Source: the human T2T-CHM13v2.0 reference genome, Homo sapiens. Taken from it: a DNA stretch of 64,000 nucleotides. The position numbers and the translations under genes were made by a program. Shown here in pieces: positions 45,715 to 61,272 of this stretch (position 1 is its first letter; each line of letters opens with the position of its first letter). The notes under the pieces are model-generated. The model had not been told where the DNA came from. It was given only the letters and a program-made list of their open reading frames with translations, and did no database searches. The DNA lies in the NCBI RefSeq assembly GCF_009914755.1, contig NC_060936.1; one strand, 5' to 3'.

Positions 45715-46639
45715 GGGAGACCTCCAGGAGACTAAGCTGTCCTAGAATTTTTGACTTCTTGGTGACAGTTCCCTTCCTTTCTAAGCCACTGTGATCCTGT
45801 GTCTGGAATCCTGAGTTTCCGTTGGGTCCAGGGCTAGCATCCTTCTTTGCAGATGGATGCCAGATTCATATTCCTCATTTTTTTGGGGGGAGGGGGTGGT
45901 GGAAGGGGCATGGATACTGAAGCTTCCATCCAAGCAGCTCCCTAGGGGATGGGGAGAAGGAAAGGGAGAAGAGAGCTGAGGTGTAGTTGGCTTGCTCTGT
46001 CCCTCTGGCTGTCCAGAGTAGCTCTCAGCTGAAAGGACCATGGTGATGCTGTTGTCACTGTTATCCCATCTCCCACACTGGCCAGAGCTGTCCTGTTTCA
46101 TCCCCACTCAGAACATCTCAAGAACCTAGGGACCATGGTCAACCTTCTTATCGGAGCCTCGCCTTACTCTCATCCAAGTTCATCCCTCCTGAACACCCCA
46201 GATCAGCCCTGCTCTGATATTATTATTGTCCTATTGACTGCAGGGTCAAGTCCAAGCTCCTCATCCTGGCACTCTCTAATTCTGCCTCAGTGGAACCTCT
46301 GCTCCTCCTAGGCAGAGCATCCATTCTCTCCATGAACCCTGTCATTCCTAATTCCAAGCTTCTGCTCAAGTCATTTGCCCACCTGGAATGGCTCCTCTCT
46401 TCCCCTGCTGTCAGCTTCACTGCTGCAAATCAAGCCCTACGTATTTCTTGGGGTTGCTCCCATCCAAGCATTTTTTCCTCCTTTGAACCCCCGTAGGCTT
46501 TGCTTGCTGTCTGTAATACAGCTTGGGCAATGGGTCATGTATGTCCTTTTGCTGTTGAAAGTGTTTTGCTGTGGCTATGACCTGCCCCTCCATTGGACTG
46601 TAAGCTCTTCTAGGGCAGGGTTTGAATCTTTCAGTTCTT

Positions 46640-46943
<304 letters not shown>

Positions 46944-47257
46944 TCTTCCAGTTCTTTTGTATCTCTTTCCTGCTCTCTGCTCAATGAAGATGCCTCTTGG
47001 TCAATACTCCCTCAGTTAGAGCACAAATGCATGTATTCACTTATAGAGTGTTCTGATTGCTAAAGGTGGCTGGAGGTGAATGTGCCATATTTGACCAATA
47101 ATAACTTTGATTTGAAAGTATTGGCCAATCCGATGCCACAATGTGTTTGACTGCTAGTGTCAGAGACCAAACTAACAGTGGCTTAAACAAGGTAGGGAGT
47201 TGGTTTTCTCTTTTACAACAGTCCAAGGCAGGTAGGCAGTCCAAAGCTGGGATGGTT

Positions 47258-47641
47258 ATTATATTAGTCCATTTTCACACCACTATAAAGAAATGCCTGA
47301 GACTGAGACATATATAAAGGAAAGAGGTTTAATTGACTTATAGTTCTGCATGGCTCGGGAGGCCTCAGGAACTTATAGTCATGGCAGAAGACGAAGGGGA
47401 AGCAGGCACCGTCTTCACAGGCAGCAGGAAGGAGAGAGAAGTGTGAGCGCAGGAAAAAGTGCCACTTTTAAAACCATCAGATTTTGTGAGAATTCACTCA
47501 CTATCATGAGAACAGCATGGGGGACACCACCCCCATGATCCAATCACCTCCCAACAGGTGCCTCCCTTGACTCCTGGGGATTACAATTTGGATTACAATT
47601 CAAGAGAGATTTGGGTGGGGACAGAGAGCTAAACCTTATCT
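47258..47641 (-). mobile_element. MSTA-like solo LTR nested in an older MLT1 LTR (~47160-47990)
   Basis: tatattagtccattttcacaccactataaag...gagatttgggtggggacagagagctaaaccttatc. Confidence 0.8.
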
Positions 47642-50065
47642 GTAGTTCTGCATCAACTCAGGCTCCTTCTGTCTTTCTGCCCTGCCAGCCTTAACACATG
47701 GATTCCAGTCTCAAGGTAGCCTCATGGTCCCAATATGGCTGCTACAGCTTCAGTCATCACATGTGCATTTTAAGCAGAATGAAGAGTGACAAAGGGTAGG
47801 AAAAAGGGTACCTACCAGTGGAGTCAGTCTTTCTTTTAAGCAGCGTCACTGGATGTCCACCTAATAATTCTTCTTATATCTCTTTGGCCAGCACTTAGTC
47901 CCCCAGCACCCATATCCCCAAGGGAGGCTAAGAAGTTTAGTTCTTTACCCAAACAGTGTTCCCACCACTACCACCCAATCATGTTAGTGAAGAAGAGGGA
48001 GAGAAGGGAAATTGGTTGGGTTGCCAACCAATAGTACTTATCGTAGCTAGTTAATGACCTATTGTGTTTCAGGCAGAGTAAGTGCCTGTCAGAGAAGGCA
48101 GTGGATATTTCCAGCCCCAGCTTTGCAGTTTTCTGCCAGTGAATCCCAGGACATCAGAGGTCAGGTTTCTCTAAGACCTCATCCCCAGTCAAGTGTTTGT
48201 TGAATGATTCACCTTGAGTCCCTCAAATCACTGAACTACAATTGACCTCGTGGAGGGATGATGGCTGACACCTTTGTCATGGCCAGCTCATCACCTCCCA
48301 CTGAGGAATGTTCTTGGCATTTTCCAGATCACATTAAGATTTGTTAAAGCAGAGGTAGAGCCAGAACAGCCTCTGTATTAAATTCATTGTCCCTAGTGCA
48401 TGATAATAAACATAATCTTGAGTCCATGCAACTTTGAGCTTTAACACAGACTTAATTTAATATTTCTGTAGGTTTTAATATAGTGCCTTGATTAATAAGA
48501 GTGAATTCTGATTTTTAAAAATGATTGATTTGCTTTTAAAATCACCCTGGTGGGTAAAAGGGCTCTAAAAGAAATTAGCCTTGGATTAGAAAGCACTCAA
48601 CCTCATAACTTTATGGCCAGACCTTGTTTATTTCCAGTGGAAGATAACCATTTTCCAGCCTAGTCCTTCATCCAGGCTTGTGAGATATGGAGCTGGATAC
48701 CACCCTTGCTTTTCCTGTTGCTCAGGAGGTTCTTCCTACCTGGAAGGAGAGCCCCTTTTCACCCACCTGAAAGTGTTCTCTTTTCAGGGTATTTAGTGCA
48801 TAGAGATAAACATGAAATATAAGATCATGGGCTACCTCTGGGTTGAATAGATGGGCAAAAAAAGAGTGATAAAGGCAGAAGACTCTTTACAAATAAGTAG
48901 ACACCTTGATGGGCCTGAAAAATGGATCTCCAAGGCTATTCATAAGGCAAGTGGATGCTCCATTCTCTGGCTTTGGAGCTCTCTATGAAGGGAGAGTTTT
49001 ATAGGATTTGCCCAGCAAAGAGAATTGGAAGGAGGTTTGTTTTTTCTTTGGATAAAATGGGTGTGGTATCTTTGGATTCTTTTCAGTTGCAAGTGATAAA
49101 AAAAAAAATCCAACCCAAACTCACTTAAGCAGAAGGGGGGGATTATTGGTTCATGTACAAGAGAAGCCCAGGGACAGGGTTGGCATCAGGGGCTGCCCAT
49201 GCTGACTGGCTTGGGCCAGATAGGACACCCCCAACCCTGGAGCTGGGGCTAGATCAGCTGCTCCCAGACCACACTAGAGTGGAGGAGGGACTGAATTCCC
49301 CAAAGGAAAACAAGGAAACCTAGGGAGACAAAAAAAAATGCCCATTCTGCAATGTATTTTTCCCCAAAATTTGAACTGACTGTGGGCAGGTGTTGGCAGT
49401 AGGGCTTGGTGGGTGGGGAGGTGGGACAAAGCCTGGGATCTTAAGAGGAAACAGTGGGTAGAAGGAAATGAATGACGAGCTAGAGAAGCTACTTGGACGT
49501 AAGGAGATGGCTGCTCTTTTCGTTCAATAGTTACTGGATTCCAAAAGTTTTACAAGACATTATCTCAATTAATCTTCATAATGGTCTCATGAGGTATGAA
49601 CTCATTTTAGCCTTGTTGCACCAGTGAGGAAGCAGACCCAGGAAGGTCCATGGATTTGTCCAAGGTCTCTTTGTCATTAAGTAGCACAATCAGGGCTCAC
49701 ACCTGGGGCTGTTGAGAGTGGCGTGGAGCGGAGCTTGTGCTCATTCCCATCCAGCTGCCCTGCACACTGGAAGGAATCTGGTAGTGAAAACAGCATGCTC
49801 CTGATTAGGGATTCTTTTGGGGGCTGCTGAAATAGGTAGTCCTCAAGTCCCTGTTGCTTCTGAGTTTGTGATGTGGGGGAAGATGGAAAGTCTAGATTGG
49901 GATGGGGGCTAAACTGAGAATACTTTCTGGAAGCACCCCCATTGAAGGAAGTTAGGGGGCATCTAGGAGGAGAAGCATCCAGGGCCAGGAAATGGCCCCT
50001 TGTGATGGTCCAGAGAAGGCATCCTCTAGCTATAGCTCTTCGTTACAAGAAATACCATCACATAA

Positions 50066-50387
<322 letters not shown>

Positions 50388-50984
50388 GAGTCTGCTCTTA
50401 ATTTTTTGTCAATAAAAAGTACAATTTTTACTGGAGACAGAGACCTTGGCTTGCCAGACTCTGTCTCTGACTGCTTGCGGGTAAATAGCAGAGGCCAAAG
50501 TATCACATCTCCATTCTGGTCCTGCAGGGAATGAAGAAACAGGGCAGGGCTTCCTAGTATTAGGCACAAAACTGGGGTATTTTTATGTGATGTTTTTACA
50601 GTGACTGTTATAACCAACAGTATTCTTAAAACTTACTGGGGGTAATCATAGTTTTATTTCATCCCTGTAAAAGTCTTCCATTTAGAGCAGCATATATTAT
50701 TCTGCAAATCTCCATATAAATGCTACTCATCCATTTTTCACATGGGCCACGGAGTAGCTTTAGCTGATTACATTTTGACTGTATTTACTGAAGTAGTCCT
50801 CCTAACTTGGGGAATATTTAATTTAGTGCAAACCAATTACATTCAGCCAAATTTTATTGAGCCAGCTATGAGCCTCACACTGTTCTAGGCTAGGAGATAT
50901 AAAGTTAAATATCTTTATATGAGATATAAATATAAATATAAAGTTAAATATGAAGGCAGGGTGAATTCCTACCTTTGAGAATCT

Positions 50985-51486
50985 TTCAGTTAACTATTGC
51001 TGCATAACAACTACCCCAAAACATATTGGCTTCAAGAAACCATTTAATTGTGTGCATCAGGAACCCAGGAAGGGCTCAGCTGGCAGTTCATCTGTGATGC
51101 ATGTGGCTCCCAAGATGGCTTCTTACTCATACACTTGGTGCCTTGATGCGTTTCGACCCCCCTCTTTCTACATTGCGTCTTGTCTTCTAAGGTCTCTCCA
51201 CAGGGCCTGGGCTTCTTACAGCATGGAGGTATCAGGGTAATGGCTGTTTTTACATGATGGCTGGCTTCCAAGAGTCAGGAGTTAGAAACTCCCAAGTCAG
51301 TTAAGGGCTACGTTCAAAACTGACAGTGTCACTTTCATCATTGGTCAAGGCAGTCACAGGGTTGCCTACTTTCAAGAGAGTGGGAAGAATCCCACCCCTT
51401 GATGGGAGAGTCACAAGGTCACCCTGCCAAAAAGCATGTGCAAAGGGATCAATTGTTTACTTCTTTGGAAAATGCAGTTGGCCACA
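50985..51486 (-). mobile_element. MLT1H-like LTR
   Basis: tcagttaactattgctgcataacaactaccccaaaac...gaaaatgcagttggccaca. Confidence 0.65.
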
Positions 51487-51794
51487 AAGGACATCCAGAT
51501 GTGCAGTTTAGTAAAGTATAATGCAGGGTGGTAACCACAACAATGAAATACCAGCAAGCTGAAGGAGGAGCCCAGAGATGGAGGAACAGGCTTGCCAGTG
51601 GGCTGGGGTGGGGAGAAGGTACAGAAGGCTTCAAAAGAAAGAGCAACCAGGGGTTGAAAGATGGGTTTTGAAAGATGAATAGTTTGTGCACTTTAGGGAG
51701 AGAGAATTGCAGGTGGGAAGGCGTGGTGGTGGGGTCCTCATGAAGGCCTTACTCAGAAAGTCTCCCCATACTTCACTACTTTTATTTATATGTA

Positions 51795-51950
51795 CTAATA
51801 TGTGCATGCGTGTGTGTATATATGATGTGGGTATCTATGCATATGTATGTATTTACATATGTATATAGAAATATATATATACACACATATACATATATGT
51901 ATATACTCATATCTACACACACACACGCACACACACACACATACATATTT
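51795..51950. repeat. (TA/TG/CA)n simple repeat
   Basis: Read directly. Confidence 0.85.
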
Positions 51951-52027
51951 TAACAGAGACTTCCATTCAGTCTTTCATTCAGTAAATGTGTCCTGACCAC
52001 CTAATGTATATGCCAGACAGTATTCTA

Positions 52028-52695
<668 letters not shown>

Positions 52696-53268
52696 TCACA
52701 CAGCTAGAGTTCAGTGCCCTCTACTCACTCATAGCCAAAGAGGAGGGCAGCTGCAGGTGGTGACTGGTCAGCTTCCATGCCTTGAGCTCTGGAGAGGTAG
52801 CTTCTCAGGATGAGCAGCCTGTTCTGTCCTGACGCCTCAGCCCCAGCTGTTCCTGGCATTGGGAGATTTGTTTTCACTTAGGGAGAGCCTGGCCTCATCT
52901 ATAACATCATTGTTCTCTGGAAGCTGGCCCTTTCCCAAGAGGAGGAATGTGGGGCGGCATCATCACAGTGAGCAATTTCACTAATAAGGAAGTGTGCTGG
53001 GATTCCAGACGGGGAATGATGACTCAGAGTAAGGTGCATAACAGGTTCTCCAGTTGCTCATCTTCTGAATTCGTTCATTCATTTATTCATTCATTCCCCA
53101 GACATTGAGCATGCAGATGGAAAGGCAGAGGTTCAAATTCAGCTCTGCCATGTACTGTGTAATCTCAGCAGGTTATTTAACCTCTCTGAGTCTTTGTTTC
53201 TTCAGCTGTAAAATGGGTACAATCTCTATTTTTAAGAGTTGTGAGGATTTGATGAGAAGTTATGGAGA

Positions 53269-53420
53269 TAGGATTGCCAGATTTAGCAAATAAAGACAGG
53301 ACAGCAATTAAATTTGAATGTCAGATAAATGAGGAATTTTATTTTAGTATGTCCCAAGTATTGCATGTTTATCTGATATTCAACTTTAACTGTGCATCCT
53401 ATATTTTAACTGCAACTCTA
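53269..53420. mobile_element. MER53-like palindromic MITE
   Basis: ggattgccagatttagcaaataaa...aaatttgaatgtcagataaa / tttatctgatattcaacttt...ctgcaactc inverted arms. Confidence 0.7.
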
Positions 53421-53899
53421 CCCAGGGATAAGGATTAATTTAAAAAATGCCTTTCTTGGAGGAGCACAGGCTAATCAAACACTGAAGGGCAATTTGACTG
53501 ATGGCAGAGGCACAGACAGAGTGCTGTGGAAACATAGACATCTCCATTTGAGCTCCTAAGAATCCAGACCCATGCTTGCTGATTTCTAGCAGGCTTGTCA
53601 AATACCCCGGTGACTGTGAGATTGACAATGCGAGAGCACAAAATGCTAGCACATTAAGTAATACAGATGGTTCAAGTTTGCTTTTCCACTGAGTAATCCA
53701 GGAGGCTGAACTCTGTTTCCTTCCCTCTCAAGGCAAAGGATAACCTTTGTTGTAGAGGAAACAGACAGTTCATTATTTCTAATTTTCTATAAGCCATTTA
53801 AAAATAAAATGAAACTAATTTAGGGGGGAAAAATCATATTGTTCCCTGACTTTATGGAATGTGCATTTCTCAGATAAAATGGTAAGAGTTCATTATTCT

Positions 53900-54190
53900 G
53901 GCTGGGCGCAGTGGCTCACACCTGTAATCCCAGCACTTTGGGAGGCCGAGGCGAGGGATCACGAGGTCAGGAGATTGAGACCATCCTGGCTAACACGGTG
54001 AAACCCCGTCTCTACTAAAAATACAAAAAGAAATGGGCTGGGCGTGGTGGGGGGCGCCGGTAGTCCCAGCTACTGGGGAGTCTGAGGCAGGAGAATGGCA
54101 TGAACCCAGGAGGCGGAGCTTGCAGTGGGCCAAGATCTGCACTCCAGCCTGGGCAATAGAGCGAGAGTCCGTCTCAAAAAAAAAAAAAAA
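53900..54190 (+). mobile_element. AluY-like element with a small internal deletion
   Basis: gatcacgaggtcaggagattgagaccatcctggctaacacgg; gagaatggcatgaacc; TSD-like tt.attattct. Confidence 0.88.
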
Positions 54191-55090
54191 TTATTATTCT
54201 GCTTCCCCAGAGACCTAGGGGTAAATTTCCCATGTGCCACCCAGGGATCTAATAGGAGGCACACAATTGGTGTCTCTGGCTTCACACTAAAAAATTTCCA
54301 AAGCATCTCTTTGGGTAAAGCTCCAAGCATCAAAATGCTGGAGGAGATTGGGGACATTTTTAAAAAGGTGATATCTTCCAGACACATTCTTGTCTTCTCT
54401 TGTAAGTGAGTGGCCTGGTATTGAACATGGTCTAACAGCATTACTGAAGGGTCTCTCTTCTTTCCCAGAGATGGCAAGGGAATATTTTAGATGGAGAGGG
54501 TTGTTTTAAAAAGCCTGAAAGCCTAAAGTCTATCCTGGAGTCCTCTTGGTTGCTTTTAGCCACCTCGAGAAACCAACTCCCAGTGAGGTTTGAGTTTTCC
54601 ATTGTGCCATAGTGCTGGATGGGAAGGAGTCAGCACTAAGGTCTTTGCTAGTAAGATTGGAAACCGGAAAAAAAAACCAAGCCTGGGGCTGAAAGGGAGG
54701 ATGAAAGGGGTCCTACAAGGTTATTAAAGGCATTTATTCAATTACAGGATTTGCAGCAAATTTTAATTGATTAGTTAGTGCCAGGCACTCTGCCAAGGGG
54801 CTTTTCATACCTTTTCAGGGTGTTTTGATCCTCATTCCTACCTCATGCAGTTGGTATCCGGGTGGCCATTTTACATATTGTAGACCCAGAGGGTTTGAGT
54901 TATTTGCTGAGGGCACTGGCTTATGAGTAGCCCCAGGTCTTCTGATTGCAAAACGCTTGAGCCTTACCATTGTGTTCCACTGCACTTTGCCATCAGACTT
55001 TCTCCTGAGGGAGTGTCCCCATTGGCTACAGGTATTTCTGCTCCTTCTGCCTGCTGTGGCGGATGGAGGAATGGCCTGGCTTCTAATGCC

Positions 55091-55449
55091 CTACTATGAT
55101 TTGAATGCATCCCCCAAGGTTCATGTATTGGCAACTTAATCCTCAGTGCACCAGTGTTGAGAGGTGAGACCTTTAAGAGATAATTAGAATGCAAGGACTC
55201 TGCTCTCATGAATGGATTAACGCTGTTATCTTGGGAGTGGGTTCCTGATAAAAGGTTGAGTTTGGCCCCTTCTCTCTCTTGCACTGTCTCTCCTGATGTT
55301 AGGATGCAGCAAGAGGGCCCTCACCAGATGCAGCCCCTTGATCTTGGACTTCCCAGCCTCAAGAACAATGAGCCAAATAAATTTCTGTTTGTTATAAATG
55401 ACACAGTCTCAGATATTCTGTTATAGCAACACAAAACAGACTAAGACAC
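55091..55449 (+). mobile_element. MSTD/MLT1A-type solo LTR
   Basis: ctatgatttgaatgcatccccc...ttatagcaacacaaaacagactaagaca. Confidence 0.8.
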
Positions 55450-57250
55450 ACCCTCTCCCAATTAATATCTGTTTGTGTGTGACCTGAGGCAAATCATGGG
55501 ACTTCTCTAAGGCATCATTTTCCTCAGTAAAATGATGAGTCAGGCTGAGGTAGGAAGAGTCTTTAACTGATATGAAATCCTGTGTGTCTACCAATGGCAT
55601 GCCATTCTGTTTCATTCACTCACTCCTTTACTAACTAATTAATTAATTCACTTAATAAATACCTATGTTGTGTCAAGTATGTGCCCCAGATATTGGTGAC
55701 TAAGCAGACAGTTCTGCCCTTTCAGAGCTTGGAGTCTAGGGGAGAGATACCCCAGTCAACAGGCTGTTATGACACTGGGTGAAGAGGGCTGTTAGGAGGC
55801 AGGTGCAGGGTGCTGTGGGTACCTTGTCTAGGACTTTGTGGGGTCAGGCGAGGCTCTGGTGATGGGAGGGACATCCAAGGTAAGAGCCAAATGATGTTCA
55901 GGAGTTGTCCAGACTTAGAGGGAACAGTTTGTGCAAAGGGAGGGCACGCATGGAGCACTTGGGGAATTGAGCGCTGTGCCAACTGTCTGGATGGAGGCTA
56001 GAGTGCAGTGGGGAGGGAATAGTCTGGAGGAAAAAGAGGATGCAGAAATAAACAGGAACCACATTGTGCAAGACCTCAGAGACCTCTGGGAGGAAACTGA
56101 TGTTTGTTTTCAGGGCAGTGGGCAGGCATCAAAGGGCAGGGCTGTGCTAGCTGTTACCCAGATTGTGTCTTGCACAAGAGTGTCCAACTAAGGGGGCCCT
56201 TCCACATACCAAGCCATGGGCCCCAGTGCAGAGCCTGGGGCTACCTGTGAGAGCGTGCCTTTTTCTAATTCTTATCAGGGAGCCTTAAGAGCTGGTGCTA
56301 TCCTTGATATCAGGAGAATGATGTGATCATATCTGTGTTTTTCAGCCTCTTCTCTGGCTGCTGGGTTTGTTGGAGGAAGGAGTAGGAGGGGATGTAGAGT
56401 CAGGGCTGTGGGCAGAGAGGAGATGGGGGGTACCTGGGGAGGCAGTGGGGTTGGAGAGAATGAGTGGGTTTGAGTACTGAGGATGCCACTGGCCTATATG
56501 AACCACCTGGATCTCATTACTTCCTGTGAGTGGGTGAGGTGAGAAAGTTCTTTCGAAAGCAGAAATCATAAGTGGAGGAAGAACACTGTGGAGAGGGTAA
56601 GTATTTTGCCCCTGGGCTACCAAAAGAGCCAGAGTTAGGTTTGATTGCCAGCTCTCCAACTCTGGCTCAGACTCTTGATCCAACTGTAGGAGACCCATCA
56701 GGTGATGGTCATGTGGCTTAGTGGCCACACTCAAGGCCAAGAGTCAGGAGACCCTGGCATTCAGGTCATGGTAGACAGCTCTTTGGAGTTTCTGAACAGC
56801 ATTATCCCTGCCTCTCTTTCATGATACCCTGATGCTCAAACATGTAGGGAGTACCCACTAAGTGCCTGGCTCTGAGCCCAGCATGGTGGGGGGGAGATAT
56901 AGAACCATATGACACCATGTGAGCCCTCAAGGAACTCACTAGTGGGGTGGTAATAAGTGGACGGTTAACAATCAAAGACTGAGAGATGCTCAAGGAATGT
57001 TCCAGATTATCAGCTGTGTAGGGAGACAGAGCACAGTGGATATTGACATGGGATCTGGGATCAGACAGAACTGGGTTCAAATTCTGGCTTTGAAAACATT
57101 TCCTAGCTGTGAGCCCAGGCAAATCACTTAACATCTCTGAACCTCAGTTTGCCCTCCTATGAAATGGGGGTGATTATACTTAAAAGGTTTGCTTAAAGGA
57201 TTACATAATTTGAGGCATATAAAGTGCTTAGTAGGGTGTTTACTCTAGTA

Positions 57251-57593
57251 GAGTGGTCCCCAACCCCTGGGCTGTGGACCAGTAGGGGTCCATGGCCTGT
57301 CCGAACTGAGTGGCACAGCAGGAGGTGAGCAGTGTACAAGTGAGCATTACCGCCTGAGCTCTGCCTCCTATCGGATCAGCGGCAACATTGGATTCTCACA
57401 GAAGGGTGAACCCTATTGTGAACTGTGCATGTGAGGGATCTAGGCTGTGCATTCCCTATGAGAATCTAATGCCTGATGATCTGAGGTGGAGCAGTTTCAT
57501 CCTGAAACCATTCCCTCCCCCACCTCCCCTCGTCCATGGAAAATTGTCTTCCACAAAACCGGTCCCTGGTGCCAAAAAGATTGGAGATCACTG
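57251..57593. mobile_element. MER1B hAT element with 8-bp TSD CTCTAGTA
   Basis: gtggtccccaacccc...ttggagatcactg termini; TSD at 57243-57250 and 57594-57601. Confidence 0.9.
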
Positions 57594-57839
57594 CTCTAGT
57601 AGACCAGTAGAAGGTAGCCATGTTTAATGTTGTTTAGGATAGGCCAGTTTTTGGTGTGTTTTTTTCTGTTTTTATTGTACAGTTCTGAGTTTTGACAAGT
57701 AATAGAGCCATGGAACCAACACCGCAAATACGATACAGAATAGTTCCACAACCTTCCCCCAATTCTCTTGTCTCCTGCCTCTTTGAGAGCTAAACCCTCT
57801 TACATTCTTTCTCTCCTTGTGATAATTTATTATCTCTTA

Positions 57840-58450
57840 GTTTTTGTAATAGCTTTCTTGAGATATAATTCACATACCATACAGTTCACCTATTTAAGGT
57901 ATACAAATCAATGGTTTTCAGTATATTCAGAGAGTTGTACAACCATCATCACACTCCATCTTAGGACACTTTGCCCCCAAAAGAAACCCCTATAATCTTT
58001 AGCAGTCATACTCCCCCAATTCCTTTTGTCTATCTTCTCCCCTGCCCTACCCCTGGCAACCACAAATTTATTTTTTGTCTCTATGTATTTATCTATTCTG
58101 GACATTTCATAGAAATGGAATCATATAATAGCTGGTCTTTTGTGTCTGGCTTCTTTCACTGATCATAATGTTTTCAAGATTCATCCATTTCTAGCAGATA
58201 TCGGTACCTTATTCCTTTTTTATTGCTAAATAATATTCAATTGCATGGATGTACCATGTTTTGTTTATCCATCAATTGCTGGACATTTGGGTTGTTTCTG
58301 CTTTTTGGCTATTATGAAGCGGTTGCACCTTTTACAGTCCTCTGAGCAGTGTACGAGAGTTCCAACTTCTCCACATGCTTGCCGAACACTTGTTATTATC
58401 TGTATTTTTGATTATAGCCATCCTCGTGGGTGTGAAGTGGTGTCTCAGTG
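57840..58450 (-). mobile_element. L1MB 3' fragment
   Basis: gagatataattcacataccatacagttcacc...ctattctggacatttcatagaaatggaatcatat. Confidence 0.8.
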
Positions 58451-60984
58451 AAGTCTGCCTGTATATACCCTTAACCCCTGGCAATTCACTGGTTTATTCT
58501 CTGACCCTGTAGATTTGCTTGTGATGAATATGATGGCTGTAACCATACATTATATAGCTTTTTGACTCTGCCTTCCTCTCTATAGTATTGTGTACTTGAG
58601 ATTCATCCATATGATTACATTCTTTTTTGTCGCTGAGTAGCATTCCATTGCATGCATGTGCTACCCCAGGAGTGCCTGCTTTTATTGCCAGTAATGTTTG
58701 AGGGGTCCCTCGCCCAAATGTATCAGAGGCCAAGTTCTCTCACCTGAGCGGGGGCTTTTTATAGTTTGAGAGATCTTTCGCATGTCTCCCCAGGCCGCCA
58801 GCCTCACAGGAGACTCCGCCTTTTCCTCTTGTAGGTCCCTCTGAGCTGCAGAGCTGGGCTCACCGTCTATGAGCTGGAGCCTTCCTGGGGTGGAGACCCA
58901 CCTGGGATTAGAATTTCTCTGCGTCGTGGCTCTGACATGCCATTCTTGGGAAGCAGCCTGTGTGGGCCCCAGCCCAGTGAGGCAGGTGGGGACTGGACCA
59001 CGTGGAACAGCTGGTGCCTGGGAGCCCTGAGCCTTCAGTGTCCAGCTGTCTCCTGTCTCATCAGGGAGCCCCAGAAGCTCCTTGGACGGATAAACAAAGT
59101 CATTTTCTTGTTCCCTTATCTCTTTTCATCTTTTCATGGCAGGTTTGCAGCTTGGGGCTTTGAGCACTGCCACCCTCATCCCCCACCCTGCCACCCTTGA
59201 ATGCTCCAATTTTCCAACTTTCTATTACAGGCTCAGGGAGAATATGATGTAAAGATATAAAATAATAATGAAATTGCATCTAACAGGTTTATTATATATA
59301 TCAGAACCCATGAAACAGACATAATAACTTTATGCAAGAAGAAATCAAGGTCATAGGTGGTTAAATCATTTGTTTAGTTATACTGCTGGTATGCAGCAGC
59401 CCTGTTGAACTACACTGCTGTTGAGTATCAGCAGTGCAACTTTAAACAAATTATTTAACCATGTGTAACTTTGAACCCACCGTCTGTGCTTTCATCTACT
59501 ACCAGTGTGCCCTAAACCTCAGTTATTGGTGTAACACCTTCATAAGTCACTTCTACCTCTTGTGCTATTATTTAGCTAATGTTTTTTATTAAAATCATCT
59601 TTAATATTTCTTGCTCAGCAAAAACATGTCCCATTTTAAAAAGGCTGTAGCACAGAGGGTTTGATGTGCTAGTTTTATTTTTTTGTACTACACCTTCAAA
59701 TGAATAAACACATAACTCACAATAAAAATGTTCATCCATATACCACCTAAGACCAGCTTTGCCCAACAACGATAGCTGGTCCACACTTGGGGGTAGGAAA
59801 TGGCGTGATATACGGGGATTTGCTTATGGGTTCGTCATAGGTAGGCTGTGTCTGTGTTTTATTCATCTTAGTATCCTTACCACCAGGTACCATAAGAGAT
59901 CCATTATGGGCACTTGGTAAATGATGAATGAATTGATGACAGAATGAACGGAGTTATCAAGGGGAAGATGAAGAATGAATGCACTTCCCCTTCCTTATGG
60001 AGAAGATCGGAAGGAATCCTCTTTAATACGATGAGGAGGCTGGCTGGGAGCTGGGGCCCAGCACCGCAGGAGCAGAGTACTTAGGAGCTATGATGCTGTG
60101 ACCACTATGGAGAGGTTGGGAGCCTGCCATTCTCCGTGTGAAGCCCTTCCAGGTGTTTCAAGCTCTTGGTTTATAGGACTGTGAATGTCGTCATCTTAAT
60201 ACAGCCCTTCCCATCACTTTGATCCCTGATGGAAAAATTAGCTCTCATCTGGCTGGTTCTTTAGCTAAAAATGTTCCACCCTGTGTGCCACTTGCTGTTT
60301 TCCTTCTTTTCCAGCTTTCTCATAAATCCTGGCAATACTCCAGACAAATTCTGCACTATCTCCTTTAGAAACAAATGCAGCAGCAGAGACTGAGCAACAG
60401 TCAAGTCCACAGAGCTGTGGTTAGTATTTGTATGAGTCAGAAGATCTGTCAGTGATCCCGCCAGCTAAAGTTTACTGAGAACCTACTACATGCCAAGCAC
60501 AGGGCTTATGCCACTGAATTCTCTTGTCCTTCAGAATCAGACCATCTGGGCATAGCCACTGAAGCTGGAACTTAACTTCTGAGTTTAAAAAGGAAAAAGA
60601 AAATCAGCTCAACACCTACTGATTGAAGGCTAGCTGTAATACAAAGATAAGTTTCTGCCCTCAAGGAGCTTAGAGGACCCTGAGGAATCTCGTGAATTAC
60701 AGCTTTGGGAAGTTGCTTGTGCATTGGGTCATGTCTTGAAATGTCACTGTACTTGTTCTCTTAGACAGCCAGCATATTATGGACACATTCAGCAGGCAAA
60801 TGCCACTTATCTGTTTGCCCAGCATTTATGGGGCATATTTTGCAAGAATGGCAACTGTATAGCACACCTGTGCTCCCACCTCCACCAACTGCTCCGTTGT
60901 GGGCATCCCAGAGATGGCCTCAGCATCCTTCTCTACCCAATGCCCCAGGCTTTCAGAGCTGGTATTTAAAATGAAATCTGTAAT

Positions 60985-61272
60985 CTCAGAGACTCAGGAA
61001 GCCAAGACAGGAGGATGGCTTGAGGCCAGGAGTTCGAGATGAGCCTGAGCAACATAGGGAGACCCCATCTCTACAAAACTTTTAAAAAAAATTAGCTGCT
61101 TGTGGTAGCATGCACCTGTAGTCTCAGCTACTCAGGAGGCTGGGGTGGGAGGATTGCTTGAGCTTCAGAGTTTGAGGCTGCTGTGAGCTATGATCATGCC
61201 ACTGTGCTCTAGCCTGGGCCACAGAGTAAGATTCTATCTCTAAAAAAATAAAAAATTAAAAAATAAAAATAA
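60985..61272 (+). mobile_element. AluJ (5' end degraded)
   Basis: ggaggatggcttgaggccaggagttcgag...gagctatgatcatgccactg. Confidence 0.85.
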
